Below, in pieces: positions 11,259 to 20,687 of a stretch of DNA of 64,000 nucleotides. The translations under genes and the position numbers were made by a program. Numbering within the stretch: the stretch's first letter is position 1; each line of letters opens with the position of its first letter. Source of the stretch: Deltaproteobacteria bacterium (lineage in GTDB: Bacteria > Myxococcota > Kuafuiibacteriia > Kuafuiibacteriales > Kuafuiibacteriaceae); the NCBI GenBank assembly GCA_040218735.1, contig JAVJQW010000070.1, forward strand, positions 32,001 through 96,000, read 5' to 3'. The notes beneath the pieces were generated by a model that searched no databases, was not told where the DNA came from, and worked only from the letters and a program-made list of their open reading frames with translations.

Positions 11259-12311
11259 ATGCCGGGCGGCCTCACTTACAAAGACGCAGGCGTCGACATC
11301 GAACGCGGTGACGCGCTCGTCGAGCGGATCAAGACCGCCGCGGCGCGAACGCGTGGACCGGAGGTGCTCGAGGGCATCGGCGGGTTCGCGGCGCTCGTTC
11401 AGCTCAAGCCGATCCTCGAGGCGGCCGGCGGCATGGACGACCCGCTGCTGGTCTCCGGCACCGACGGCGTGGGCACCAAGCTCGCCGTCGCGTTCGCGAT
11501 GAACCGGCACGACTTCATCGGGCAGGACCTCGTCGCGATGTGCGTGAACGACGTCCTCACCACGGGCGCCCGCCCGCTGTTCTTCCTCGACTACTTCGCG
11601 ACCGGCGGCCTCGACCTCGACGTCGCGGCTGAGGTCGTCGAAGGCATCGCGCGCGCCTGCACGAACGCTGGGTGCTCCCTGGTCGGCGGCGAGACCGCGG
11701 AGATGCCGGGCCTGTACCAGCCGGGCGAGTACGACCTCGCGGGCTTCGCGGTGGGCATCGTGGATCGGAAGAACCTGATCGCCGGGCAGGACGTGAAGGC
11801 CGGCGACGCGATCGTGGGCGTGGCCTCCACCGGCATTCACAGCAACGGCCTGTCGCTCGCCCGCAAGGTCTTCGTCGACCACGCGGGGCTCGACTACAAG
11901 GACACCGTCGACGAGATCGGCACGACGATCGGCGACGCCCTCCTCGTCCCGACCGCGCTCTACACGGACACCGTCCACCGCATGATCGCGAAGGCGGCCC
12001 CCAAGGCGCTCGCCCACATCACGGGCGGCGGCATCCCCGGCAACCTCCCGCGCGTGCTCCCGGACGCGCTCGGCGCGCGCATCGACAAGTCGACGTTCGC
12101 GGTGCCCGGCATCCTCCGCGCGCTGCAGCGGCTCGGCGGCGTGGACGAAGCCGAGATGTTCTCGACCTTCAACATGGGCCTGGGCCTGATGGCCGTCGTG
12201 GACCCGGCCAACGCAGACGCCGCGGTCGAAGCGGCCCGCGCCGCAGGTCACGAGGCGTCGGTGGTCGGCGAGATCACGGACGTCCCCGGTGTGACGATCG
12301 AAGGAGCCTGA
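11259..12311 (+). CDS. purM: Phosphoribosylformylglycinamidine cyclo-ligase
   Basis: LTYKDAGVDI, GTDGVGTKL, GGETAEMPG, AHITGGG, TFNMG. Confidence 0.97.
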   Translation: MPGGLTYKDAGVDIERGDALVERIKTAAARTRGPEVLEGIGGFAALVQLKPILEAAGGMDDPLLVSGTDGVGTKLAVAFAMNRHDFIGQDLVAMCVNDVLTTGARPLFFLDYFATGGLDLDVAAEVVEGIARACTNAGCSLVGGETAEMPGLYQPGEYDLAGFAVGIVDRKNLIAGQDVKAGDAIVGVASTGIHSNGLSLARKVFVDHAGLDYKDTVDEIGTTIGDALLVPTALYTDTVHRMIAKAAPKALAHITGGGIPGNLPRVLPDALGARIDKSTFAVPGILRALQRLGGVDEAEMFSTFNMGLGLMAVVDPANADAAVEAARAAGHEASVVGEITDVPGVTIEGA

Positions 12312-12314
12312 GCC

Positions 12315-12959
12315 GTGGTGCGAATCGGCGTGCTCGCCTCCGGTTCGGGGACCAACTTCCAGGCGCTCCTCGACGCCGACCTCGGCCCCGGGACGATCGC
12401 CGTCCTAGTCGTGAACAAACCCGGCGCCCAAGCGATCCAACGCGCCGAAGCCGCCGGCGTGCCGCACGTGGTAGTGCCGCACCGCGCGTTCGCGGACCGC
12501 GCCGCGTTCGACGCCCGGCTCGTCGAAGTGCTGCGTGAGCACGACGTCGAGTGGGTCGTCCTCGCGGGGTTCATGCGTGTCCTGACGCCGGTGTTCCTCG
12601 ACGCCTTCGCGCCGCGGGTCGTGAACGTGCACCCCGCGCTGCTGCCGTCGTTCCCCGGCGTGGACGGTCAGCGCCAAGCGCTGGAGGCGGGGGTCGCGAT
12701 CGCGGGGTGTACGGTGCACCTCGTGGACCACGGCGTCGACACCGGCCCCATCCTCGCGCAGGCCGCCGTCGGTGTGCACCCCACGGACGATCTGGACGGG
12801 CTTCGGCGCCGCATCCTCCGCGAAGAGCACCGGCTCCTCCCCGGTGTCGTGCGCGCGATCTGCGAGGGGCGCCTGGTGATGTCACCACGTCCGCACCTCA
12901 CCGGGTTCGACGGGGCGATGTCGTCGCTCGTGAACCCGCCGGTGGGAGATCCGCGGTGA
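12315..12959 (+). CDS. purN: Phosphoribosylglycinamide formyltransferase
   Basis: SGSGTNFQAL, LAGFMRVL, NVHPALLPSFPG, GCTVHLV, DTGPI; directly follows purM. Confidence 0.96.
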   Translation: MVRIGVLASGSGTNFQALLDADLGPGTIAVLVVNKPGAQAIQRAEAAGVPHVVVPHRAFADRAAFDARLVEVLREHDVEWVVLAGFMRVLTPVFLDAFAPRVVNVHPALLPSFPGVDGQRQALEAGVAIAGCTVHLVDHGVDTGPILAQAAVGVHPTDDLDGLRRRILREEHRLLPGVVRAICEGRLVMSPRPHLTGFDGAMSSLVNPPVGDPR

Positions 12960-14449
12960 GTCGGCACTACGACGTCGTGGTGGTGGGCGGGAACACGGCG
13001 GCGGTCGTGGCCGCGGCGCTCCTCGCGAAGCGCGGGATGCGCGGGTTGCTGATCGACCAGGGCGAGCTCGCGTCGACAGACGCCAACCTCCTGCCGGACC
13101 TCGTCCTCTCCGACGAGGCGTCACCGGTGATGCGACACGTCCACTCGGAGCTGGGCGTCGCGGACCAGGTGTCGAAGCGGACGCGTGTAGATCGGCCGCT
13201 GCTCCAGGCGATCTATCCCGACCAGCGCTTCGATCTGTTCGTGGATCCGATCGAGCGTCAGCGCGAGGTCGAGCGGGTCTTCGGCTCCAAGTGCAACGCG
13301 GCGTTGGCGATCACGACCACGCAGATCACGAACGGCGAAGCCGAGGCCGGTCTGTTCCTCGAAGAGGCGGGCGAGCTCCCCGCGACGGGGTTCTTCGGGC
13401 GGCGCGCGTCGGCGAGCGCGCAGCGGAAACACGAGTCGTTGGGGCGGACGATGAGCGTCGGCGCGGCGACGGACGACCTCCCCGTCGAGCTCACGGAGAT
13501 CTTCGTCGCGATGCTGCCGTTCCTCGGTTACTTCGACGCGCGGAGCCCGACCGACGTCACGATGGCGCGTTTCTCGCGCCTCACGGCGCGTTTCATGCGG
13601 GGGCTGTTCGGGCTCCCGGACCGCAGGCCGCTGCGCGAGCTCTTCTTGTCGGTGGCGGAGCAGCGGGCGTTCGAGGTGATGCGTACGGCGGTGGAGTCGA
13701 TCGATCCCAGCGGCAAGGTGGTGAACCTGACGGCGGCGGGTCAGCGCGATCCGATCACGGCGGACGCAGTGATCGACGCGTCGTGGGATCTGTCCGGCCT
13801 CGACACCATCCCCCACAAACGCCAGAAGAAGGACCTCGCGCTCACGCTGCAGAACGCCAAGCCGCGCGGGTTCCTGCACGCGCTCGGCATCGAGGTGGAC
13901 GCCGCCGTCCTCCCGCCCGGGATGGCGGAGCACCTGCTGCTGTTGAACGGCCGCCGCGACCCGGATCGCGTCGACGCCGAGGACCCGGACAGCGCGGACC
14001 GGGCGATCTGGATCTCGCAGCGCCCCGGTCACGCCTCGGAGCGCGTCCAGCTCGTCGCGGCGCAGGCGGTGTCCTCGGTGCGGGCGCACGCGCAAGGTAC
14101 GGACGAGCTCGAAGAGGTCATGCGCGCGCGCATCGAGCGCCTCGCGCCCTTCCTGATGGACGGCGCGCCGGAGTTCTCGTCGCTGTCCGGCCGCGGCGCG
14201 ACGAAGAGTGAGCGCTCGCTCCTGACGCACCCCCTCTACGACCCCGAGCTCGACCCGGTGCTCGGGCTCACCGGCATCAGCATGCGCACGCCCTACAAGC
14301 AGCTGTTCTGTGCGGGGCCCGCGGTCCTCCCGGGGCTCGGCGCGGAGGGCGCCTACCTGTCCGCGCTGCAGGCCGCGGACGCGGCCGAGACGTTGCTCAA
14401 GAAGACGAAGCGCCCGAAGACGCTCGGCGCTCGCCTCAAGGCCGGTTAG
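12956..14449 (+). CDS. Phytoene-desaturase-like FAD-dependent oxidoreductase
   Basis: YDVVVVGG...AAALLAKRG Rossmann start and C-terminal RTPYKQLFCAGPAVLPGLGAEGA. GTGA overlap with purN. Confidence 0.65.
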   Translation: MSRHYDVVVVGGNTAAVVAAALLAKRGMRGLLIDQGELASTDANLLPDLVLSDEASPVMRHVHSELGVADQVSKRTRVDRPLLQAIYPDQRFDLFVDPIERQREVERVFGSKCNAALAITTTQITNGEAEAGLFLEEAGELPATGFFGRRASASAQRKHESLGRTMSVGAATDDLPVELTEIFVAMLPFLGYFDARSPTDVTMARFSRLTARFMRGLFGLPDRRPLRELFLSVAEQRAFEVMRTAVESIDPSGKVVNLTAAGQRDPITADAVIDASWDLSGLDTIPHKRQKKDLALTLQNAKPRGFLHALGIEVDAAVLPPGMAEHLLLLNGRRDPDRVDAEDPDSADRAIWISQRPGHASERVQLVAAQAVSSVRAHAQGTDELEEVMRARIERLAPFLMDGAPEFSSLSGRGATKSERSLLTHPLYDPELDPVLGLTGISMRTPYKQLFCAGPAVLPGLGAEGAYLSALQAADAAETLLKKTKRPKTLGARLKAG

Positions 14450-14456
14450 GCCTCGC

Positions 14457-14843
14457 CTACTTCACGGCGATTGCGTCGATCTCGACCTGCGCGCCCGCGG
14501 GCAGCGCCGCCACCGCCACCGCCACGCGCGCCGGCGGCTTCCCGGCGAAGTGCTCGGCGTAGATCGCGTTGACCTTCGGGTAGTCGGCCATGTCCACGAG
14601 GTAGATCGTCGCCTTGACGATGTCCGTCATCTGCATCCCGGCGGCACCGAGGACCGCGGTGAGGTTCTTCATCACGCAGCGCGCCTCGGCCTCGACGCCC
14701 CCCTCCACGATCTTCATCGTGGCCGGGTCGAGCCCGACCTGCCCCGAGCAGTAGAGGGTCTGGGTCGGCTGCTCCACGAGGACGGCCTGGCTGTAGGGGC
14801 CGATGGCGGCGGGGGCGGACGGGGTCGCGATGGTGCGGTTCAT
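14457..14843 (-). CDS. ridA: RidA family reactive imine deaminase
   Basis: APAAIGPYSQA, SGQV, PPARVAV, LPAGAQVEIDAIA. Confidence 0.92.
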   Translation of the reverse strand: MNRTIATPSAPAAIGPYSQAVLVEQPTQTLYCSGQVGLDPATMKIVEGGVEAEARCVMKNLTAVLGAAGMQMTDIVKATIYLVDMADYPKVNAIYAEHFAGKPPARVAVAVAALPAGAQVEIDAIAVK

Positions 14844-14935
14844 GGGCGGGTCATGCCAGCCGCCCGCCGCGACCGGCAAGCCCGAAAAATCGACGTCGCT
14901 TCGCGAATAAACCGACGCCTCACCAGTAAGGAGGG

Positions 14936-15184
14936 GTGAAGGGAGTGATGACGATGATGATTCGCCAGTACGACGTGCAGGGCCGCTTCTTGGGGATCCC
15001 GTACGACTGGAGGCTGCCGCGGCTGCAGAAGGTGAAGGACCGCGTCTGGAACGAGCGCGGCGCCCTCTTCCCGCCGAAGGTCTTCGGCTGGGGGTGGACC
15101 ATCAACCTGAAGCACCCGGGCGCGAAGTGGCTCTTCGCGGGGCTGTTCGGCCTGATGGCCGTGCTGGCGCTGTTCGTCGGGTGA
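14936..15184 (+). CDS. Small membrane protein (DUF5808-like)
   Basis: LFPPKVFGWGWTINLKHP followed by a TM helix. First gene of the ECF operon. Start codon uncertain (14936-14957). Confidence 0.65.
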   Translation: MKGVMTMMIRQYDVQGRFLGIPYDWRLPRLQKVKDRVWNERGALFPPKVFGWGWTINLKHPGAKWLFAGLFGLMAVLALFVG

Positions 15185-15696
15185 CGAGCGTGCCAGCGTT
15201 GGCGACGGCGATGGCCGAAGGGCTCGACCGAGACGTCCTCACGGCCGCCACGCGGCGAGGCTTCGTGGCGGCGCTGAGGATCCTGAAGAACCGCGACGAG
15301 GCGGAGGAGGCCTGTCAGGAGGCCGCGGCGAGGGCGTGGGCGGCGCGCGATCGGTACGATCCGTCGCGGCCGTTCTACGCCTGGTACCACCGCATCCTGA
15401 AGAACCTGTGCCTCGACCGCCTCGCTTCGCGGAACAACAAACCCGCGGACCCGGAGGCGGCGGAGCAGCTGCCGAGCGAGGCGACGCAGGAGTCGTCGAT
15501 GCTCGCGGCCGAGGACGAGCGCCGCGTACACGCTGCGATCGAAGCGCTGCCGGAAGACCTGCGCGCGGTGATCGAGCTGCGGCACTTCGAGGACGCGAGC
15601 TACGCGGAGATGGCGGACATCTTGGAGATCCCGATCGGGACCGTGATGAGTCGCCTCTACCGCGCACGCAAGACGCTGAAGGAGGCGCTGTCATGA
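15181..15696 (+). CDS. ECF RNA polymerase sigma factor
   Basis: AEEACQEA, YDPSRPFYAW, LPEDLRAVIELRHFE, SYAEMADILEIPIGTVMSRLYRARKTL. Confidence 0.93.
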   Translation: MTSVPALATAMAEGLDRDVLTAATRRGFVAALRILKNRDEAEEACQEAAARAWAARDRYDPSRPFYAWYHRILKNLCLDRLASRNNKPADPEAAEQLPSEATQESSMLAAEDERRVHAAIEALPEDLRAVIELRHFEDASYAEMADILEIPIGTVMSRLYRARKTLKEALS

Positions 15697-16136
15697 CGGT
15701 CAAAGACGAAGCCTACTTCGAGGCGCTGATGATGAAGGCGGTCGACGGGTTCCTCGATCGCGCGGAGGCGGAGGAGCTGGATCGATGGCTCGCCGCGAAC
15801 CCGGACCGCGCCGCGGAGCTGGAAGAGATGACGTCGATCAAGGAGGTGACGGATCAGATGCGACAACGATTGATGGCCGACGCACGTATCGAGCCCTTCC
15901 GAGAGGACGGCGGCGCCCGCGCGATGTCGTGGCTGCTGTTCACGCTGATCTTCGCGGGGCTCGCGCTGTTGTGCGGGTTCGGCGTGGTGCAGATGTTGTC
16001 GAACCCCGAGGTCCCCGGCGCGGTGCGTTGGGGCGCGGGGCTGGCGACGGCGGGGACCCTCGGGCTGTTCGCTCGGGTGTTGTGGACGCGGATTCGGTCG
16101 TTGGGATCGGATCCGTACGAGGAGATCGATCGATGA
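15693..16136 (+). CDS. Putative membrane anti-sigma factor
   Basis: ATGA overlap with the sigma gene. N-terminal VDGFL..AEAEELDRWLA helix followed by two TM segments. Confidence 0.75.
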   Translation: MTVKDEAYFEALMMKAVDGFLDRAEAEELDRWLAANPDRAAELEEMTSIKEVTDQMRQRLMADARIEPFREDGGARAMSWLLFTLIFAGLALLCGFGVVQMLSNPEVPGAVRWGAGLATAGTLGLFARVLWTRIRSLGSDPYEEIDR

Positions 16137-16507
16137 GTGCACTGATTCACGCCAAGACCGGCGAAGTGACGGGCATGCGACGCCAGGTCCTGATCGTCAC
16201 GACCGACGAGGCCCCCGGCCGCGAGATCGTCGAAGTCTTCGGTCTCGTCCGCGGCAACACGATCCGCGCGCGCCACCTCGGGCGCGACATCGGCGCGCTG
16301 CTCAAGAACCTCGTCGGCGGCGAGATCCGCGAGTACACCAAGCTCATGGGCGAGAGCCGCGAGCAGGCCCTCGACCGCATGGCCGAGCAGGCGGTCGACC
16401 TCGGCGCCAACGCCGTGGTCGGCGTGCGCTTCACGACGAGCATGCTCATGGGCGGCGCCGCGGAGCTGCTGGCGTACGGGACCGCGGTGAAGCTCGCCGA
16501 GGTTTGA
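16133..16507 (+). CDS. YbjQ/UPF0145 family protein
   Basis: GLVRGNTIRARHLGRDIGA, GGEIREYTKLM, GANAVVGVRF, LLAYGTAV. Confidence 0.92.
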   Translation: MSALIHAKTGEVTGMRRQVLIVTTDEAPGREIVEVFGLVRGNTIRARHLGRDIGALLKNLVGGEIREYTKLMGESREQALDRMAEQAVDLGANAVVGVRFTTSMLMGGAAELLAYGTAVKLAEV

Positions 16508-16516
16508 GAGCAGCCG

Positions 16517-17275
16517 CTACGCGACGCGACGCGCGCGCGGGTCGCGTTCGCGCGCACGCTTCACGAAAGCGGTCGGCGTGAGGCCGACGAGATCTCGGAA
16601 GTCGGCGATCAGGTGGGCCTGGTCGTAGTAACCAGCCTCCACCGCGACGCGCGCCCAGTCGGCGCAGGTCTCGGCGATTCGTACCGCGCGCTGGAGGCGC
16701 ATCGCGCGCGCGAACGACTTGGGCGACACACCCACGTGCTCGGCGAACACGCGGCGAAGGTGACGCGTCGACACGCCCAGTCGATCCGCAACGTGCTGGA
16801 CGCGGGCGCCGTCCGTCCGGATCGACGTCAAGGCGCGCCGTGCGAGGCGCGCCGACGCGGGCTCGTTCAGTGTGACGCCGCGCCGACGCACGGCCTTGTC
16901 GAACCGCTCGAGCACCTCGGCAGCATCTTCGGCGTGGAGGACGTCGCCCACGAGGTCCTCGCTCTCGGGCCCCCAGAGCGACTCGAGATCCACGAACGTG
17001 TTGGTCAGCGCGCTCGCGGGAACGCCGAGCACCGGGCCCGACCACCCGGGTGCCAGCTCGATCTCGACCGCATGAGAGAAGTGCGTCGCGTCCTTGAGCA
17101 GCGCGCGGGTACGCGGCCCCACGACGGTGATGTCAGCGCGTCGCCCCTGCTCCACCACGCGGAAGATCAGCGCCGTCCTCCCGTCGGGAAGACGGTCGAC
17201 CCGGCTCGCTCGCCCTCGGGTACGGGACACACTTCGCACGGTCCCCACGTATCCGGCGCGCTCGAGCCTCGGCAT
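16517..17275 (-). CDS. AraC-family transcriptional regulator
   Basis: RLPDGR N-domain, VADRLGVSTRHLRRVF, GVSPK, AGYYDQAHLIADFR. ATG at 17275. Confidence 0.88.
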   Translation of the reverse strand: MPRLERAGYVGTVRSVSRTRGRASRVDRLPDGRTALIFRVVEQGRRADITVVGPRTRALLKDATHFSHAVEIELAPGWSGPVLGVPASALTNTFVDLESLWGPESEDLVGDVLHAEDAAEVLERFDKAVRRRGVTLNEPASARLARRALTSIRTDGARVQHVADRLGVSTRHLRRVFAEHVGVSPKSFARAMRLQRAVRIAETCADWARVAVEAGYYDQAHLIADFRDLVGLTPTAFVKRARERDPRARRVA

Positions 17276-17363
17276 CCCCCAGCATTGTCCTCGCCGCGCC
17301 GCCGAGATTCCAACGTCCGGTTCTTCCAATCGCCGAGACCCCGCGGCGCGGTACCACCCGCCC

Positions 17364-18350
17364 ATGGCACACCACCAACACCCCATCCCCTCCGGCTTCT
17401 CCCCGGCCACGACCGCGGACGAGGTCCTGGCCGGGCTCGACCTGTCCGGCCGAAACATCGTCGTCACCGGGGGACACTCCGGGCTCGGCCTCGAGACGAC
17501 CCGCGCCCTCGCTCGCGCAGGGGCCTCCGTCTTCGTGGCATCGCGCAGTGTCGAACGCGCCGAAGCCGCCGTCGCCCAGCTCGAAGGTCGCGTCGTCGTC
17601 GAACAGCTCGATCTCGTCGACCCCGGCTCCATCGACGCATTCGTGAATCGCTGGCGGGCATCGGAACGCCCCCTCCATGTCCTCGTGAACAACGCGGCCG
17701 CGACGTCGTCGAAGACGGTGGTCCGCGACGAGCGCGGCTACGAGCGTCAGTTCTCGACGAGTCACCTCGGCCACTTCCAGCTCACCCTCGGACTGCGACC
17801 CGCGCTTGTCGCCGCCGACGGGGCACGCGTCGTCATGGTGTCGTCCGGCGCGCAGCGCTTCGGTCGAATCCGCTGGGACGACCCCAACTTCGAGAAGGAG
17901 TACGACGGGTCTGCCGCCTACGGTCAGGCCAAGAAGGCCAACGTGCTCTTCGCGGTGGAGCTGGATCGTCGCTGGGCCGCGGACGGAATTCGAGGCTTCG
18001 CTCTCCATCCTGGGGTTGTCGTCGGCACGACCTTGAACAGCGCCGTCGGCGACGCCGCGTTGCGCTCGATGGGTTTGATCGACGAAGCCGGTCGCCCGAT
18101 CATCGATCCCGAGCGGGGGAAGAAGACCCCTCGCCAAGGCGCCAGCACGATCGTCTTCGCGGCCGCGAGCCCACGCCTCGACGGCTACGGTGGCGTCTAC
18201 CTGCTGAACAGCGACATCTCTCCTCTCGACGACACCTCGAGATCCCTCAGCTCGGATTCGATCCCCGCCGAGGCGACATCCTCGTCTATCGACCCGGACG
18301 CCGCGCGGCGCCTCTGGGTGATGAGCGAGCGGCTCGTCGCCCCGGCCTAG
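17364..18350 (+). CDS. Short-chain dehydrogenase/reductase (retinol-DH/WWOX-like)
   Basis: VTGGHSGLG, LVNNA, HLGHF, YGQAK (YxxxK), LHPG. Divergent from the AraC regulator. Confidence 0.92.
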   Translation: MAHHQHPIPSGFSPATTADEVLAGLDLSGRNIVVTGGHSGLGLETTRALARAGASVFVASRSVERAEAAVAQLEGRVVVEQLDLVDPGSIDAFVNRWRASERPLHVLVNNAAATSSKTVVRDERGYERQFSTSHLGHFQLTLGLRPALVAADGARVVMVSSGAQRFGRIRWDDPNFEKEYDGSAAYGQAKKANVLFAVELDRRWAADGIRGFALHPGVVVGTTLNSAVGDAALRSMGLIDEAGRPIIDPERGKKTPRQGASTIVFAAASPRLDGYGGVYLLNSDISPLDDTSRSLSSDSIPAEATSSSIDPDAARRLWVMSERLVAPA

Positions 18351-18378
18351 GGCACCCGCGTCGGGATCGCCACCAGCG

Positions 18379-20541
18379 TCAGGCGCCGACGCGTTCGACG
18401 GAGTGGACGCCCGCGAGGTTGCGGATCTCCTTCATCACCTCGCGCAGCTGGCCCGCGTCCTTCACCGTCACCATGAACATGTTGATCGCGCGGCTGTCCT
18501 TCCGCGCGCGGCAGTTGGCGTTGAGGATGTTGACGCCGGCGCCGGAGAAGGCCTGCGACATCGTCGCGAGGATGCCGGGTTTGTCGTCCGTGATGACCTT
18601 GAGCTGAACGGAGCGCGGTGCGCTGCCCTTCTTGTCCCAGCTGACTTCGACCTTGCGCTCGGGATCCAGCTGCAGGGCCTTCGGGCACGCCATCGCGTGG
18701 ACCGTGATGCCTCGCCCGCGCGTGACGAACCCCATGATCGGGTCGCCCGGCACGGGCGAGCAACACTTCGCGAAGCGCACGAGCATCTCGTCGATGCCCT
18801 GCACCGTCACGCCGGACTGGCTCTTGGTCTTCTTCGCGACCGCCTCGATGAACTGGCCGAAGCGGGTCTTCGGCTCCTTGTTGTCCTTCGGGCCCTTCTC
18901 GAGGACCTCCTCCGGGAGGATCTTCTCGAGGATGTCGATCGCCTTGATCTTGCCGTAGCCGAGCGCGGCCACGAGGTCCTCGCCCTTTTGGTAGCGGGTG
19001 TTCTGCGCCGCCTTGTCGAGCGCCCCGCCCTTGATGAGCTTCGCGAGCGAGCGGCCGTAGCGCTTCGCCTCCTTGTCGAGGATCTCGCGGCCCATCGCGA
19101 CCGCGCGCCGACGCTGCTCCTTACGCAGGTACGCGTTGATGCGTGTCTTCGCGCGCGCCGTCTTGACGAAGTTGAGCCAGTCCTTGTTCGGGCGCTGGGT
19201 CGGCGACGTCATGATCTCGATCGTGTCGCCGTTCTTGAGTCGGTAGCGCAGCGGGACGATGCGTCCGTTCACACGCGCGCCCACGCAGTGGTGACCGACT
19301 TCGGTGTGGATGAGATACGCGAAGTCGATCGGTGTGGAGCCGCGCTTGAGCTCCTTCACCTCCCCCTTTGGGGTGAAGACGTAGACCTCGTCGGAGAACA
19401 GGTCGACCTTGACGGTGGAGATGAAGTCGGTCGGGTCCTTCAGCTCCCGTTGCCACTCCATGAGCTGACGCAGCCACGCGAATTGTTCGTCGTGCGCCGA
19501 CAGCCCCGGCTTGCCCTCCTTGTAGGCCCAGTGCGCCGCGATGCCCTGCTCCGCGATCTCGTTCATCTGCTCCGTGCGCATCTGAATCTCGATGCGTTGC
19601 ACGTCGGGTCCGATCACCGTGGTGTGCAGCGACTGGTAGCCGTTCGGCTTCGGCATCGCGATGAAGTCCTTGAAGCGCCCCGGCACCGGGCGCCACGTCG
19701 CGTGGCAGATCCCGAGCGCCTGGTAGGTGTGCGCGACGTCCTTCGTGATGATGCGGAACGCGATGATGTCGTTGACCTCTTCGAACTCGATGTCCTGGGC
19801 CTTCAACTTCCGCCAGATGCTGTACGTGTGTTTGACGCGCCCCTTCACGCGGCACTCGACGCCGCCCTCCTTCATCTTGTCGAGGAGGATGGACTGCACC
19901 TGCTCGATGTAACCCTCGCGCATCTTCGCGCTCTTCTCGAGCTTGCTCGTGAGGTCCGCGTAGTCCTTCGGATAGAGGTAGCGCAGGCAGAGGTTCTCGA
20001 GCGCCGCCTTCATCCAGTAGATGCCGAGGCGGTTCGCGAGCGGCGCGTAGATCTCGAGCGTCTCCTTCGCGATCTTCTCCTGCTTCTCGGACTTCATGTG
20101 CTCGAGCGTCCGCATGTTGTGCAGGCGGTCCGCGAGCTTCACGAGGATGACGCGTATGTCCTTGGCCATCGCGACGAGCATCCGGCGGAAGTTCTCCGCC
20201 TGTTTCTCGAACGCGGTATTGAATGGAATGTTGAGCTTGGTGACGCCGTCGACGATGTCGGCGACCTCCTGCCCGAACAGCGACGCGATCTCCTCCGACG
20301 TCGCCGCCGTGTCCTCGACCGTGTCGTGCAAGATGCCCGCGCTGATCGCGTACTCGTCGAGCTTCATGTCGGCGAGCAAGCCGGCGACCTCGAGCGGGTG
20401 CATGAGGTACGGCTCACCGGATTTGCGCACCTGTCCCTGATGCGCGCGTGCGGAGTAGACGTACGCCTTCTTGATGAGGTCGACGTCGGCCCCCGGGTGG
20501 TACTGCTGGACCCGATCGATGATGTCGTTGAGGCGAAGCAT
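18379..20541 (-). CDS. relA: Bifunctional (p)ppGpp synthetase/hydrolase, RelA/SpoT family
   Basis: RKSGEPY, HDTVED (intact HD), KLADRLHNMRTL, PKPNGYQSLHT, TGS domain (FTPKG), AKCC and C-terminal ACT domain. Confidence 0.95.
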   Translation of the reverse strand: MLRLNDIIDRVQQYHPGADVDLIKKAYVYSARAHQGQVRKSGEPYLMHPLEVAGLLADMKLDEYAISAGILHDTVEDTAATSEEIASLFGQEVADIVDGVTKLNIPFNTAFEKQAENFRRMLVAMAKDIRVILVKLADRLHNMRTLEHMKSEKQEKIAKETLEIYAPLANRLGIYWMKAALENLCLRYLYPKDYADLTSKLEKSAKMREGYIEQVQSILLDKMKEGGVECRVKGRVKHTYSIWRKLKAQDIEFEEVNDIIAFRIITKDVAHTYQALGICHATWRPVPGRFKDFIAMPKPNGYQSLHTTVIGPDVQRIEIQMRTEQMNEIAEQGIAAHWAYKEGKPGLSAHDEQFAWLRQLMEWQRELKDPTDFISTVKVDLFSDEVYVFTPKGEVKELKRGSTPIDFAYLIHTEVGHHCVGARVNGRIVPLRYRLKNGDTIEIMTSPTQRPNKDWLNFVKTARAKTRINAYLRKEQRRRAVAMGREILDKEAKRYGRSLAKLIKGGALDKAAQNTRYQKGEDLVAALGYGKIKAIDILEKILPEEVLEKGPKDNKEPKTRFGQFIEAVAKKTKSQSGVTVQGIDEMLVRFAKCCSPVPGDPIMGFVTRGRGITVHAMACPKALQLDPERKVEVSWDKKGSAPRSVQLKVITDDKPGILATMSQAFSGAGVNILNANCRARKDSRAINMFMVTVKDAGQLREVMKEIRNLAGVHSVERVGA

Positions 20542-20687
20542 CTGTTCGCTCGTCGTGGGGCCCTCAGAAGCTAACACCGTGCGTCAAAGGCGCCAATCCC
20601 GGCGAACGTACGGTGCGTCCTTTCGAACCGAGGGCGATCGAGCGATTGTCCCGGCCGTCGGGGATCGCTAGGGTGCCAACGCAGACG

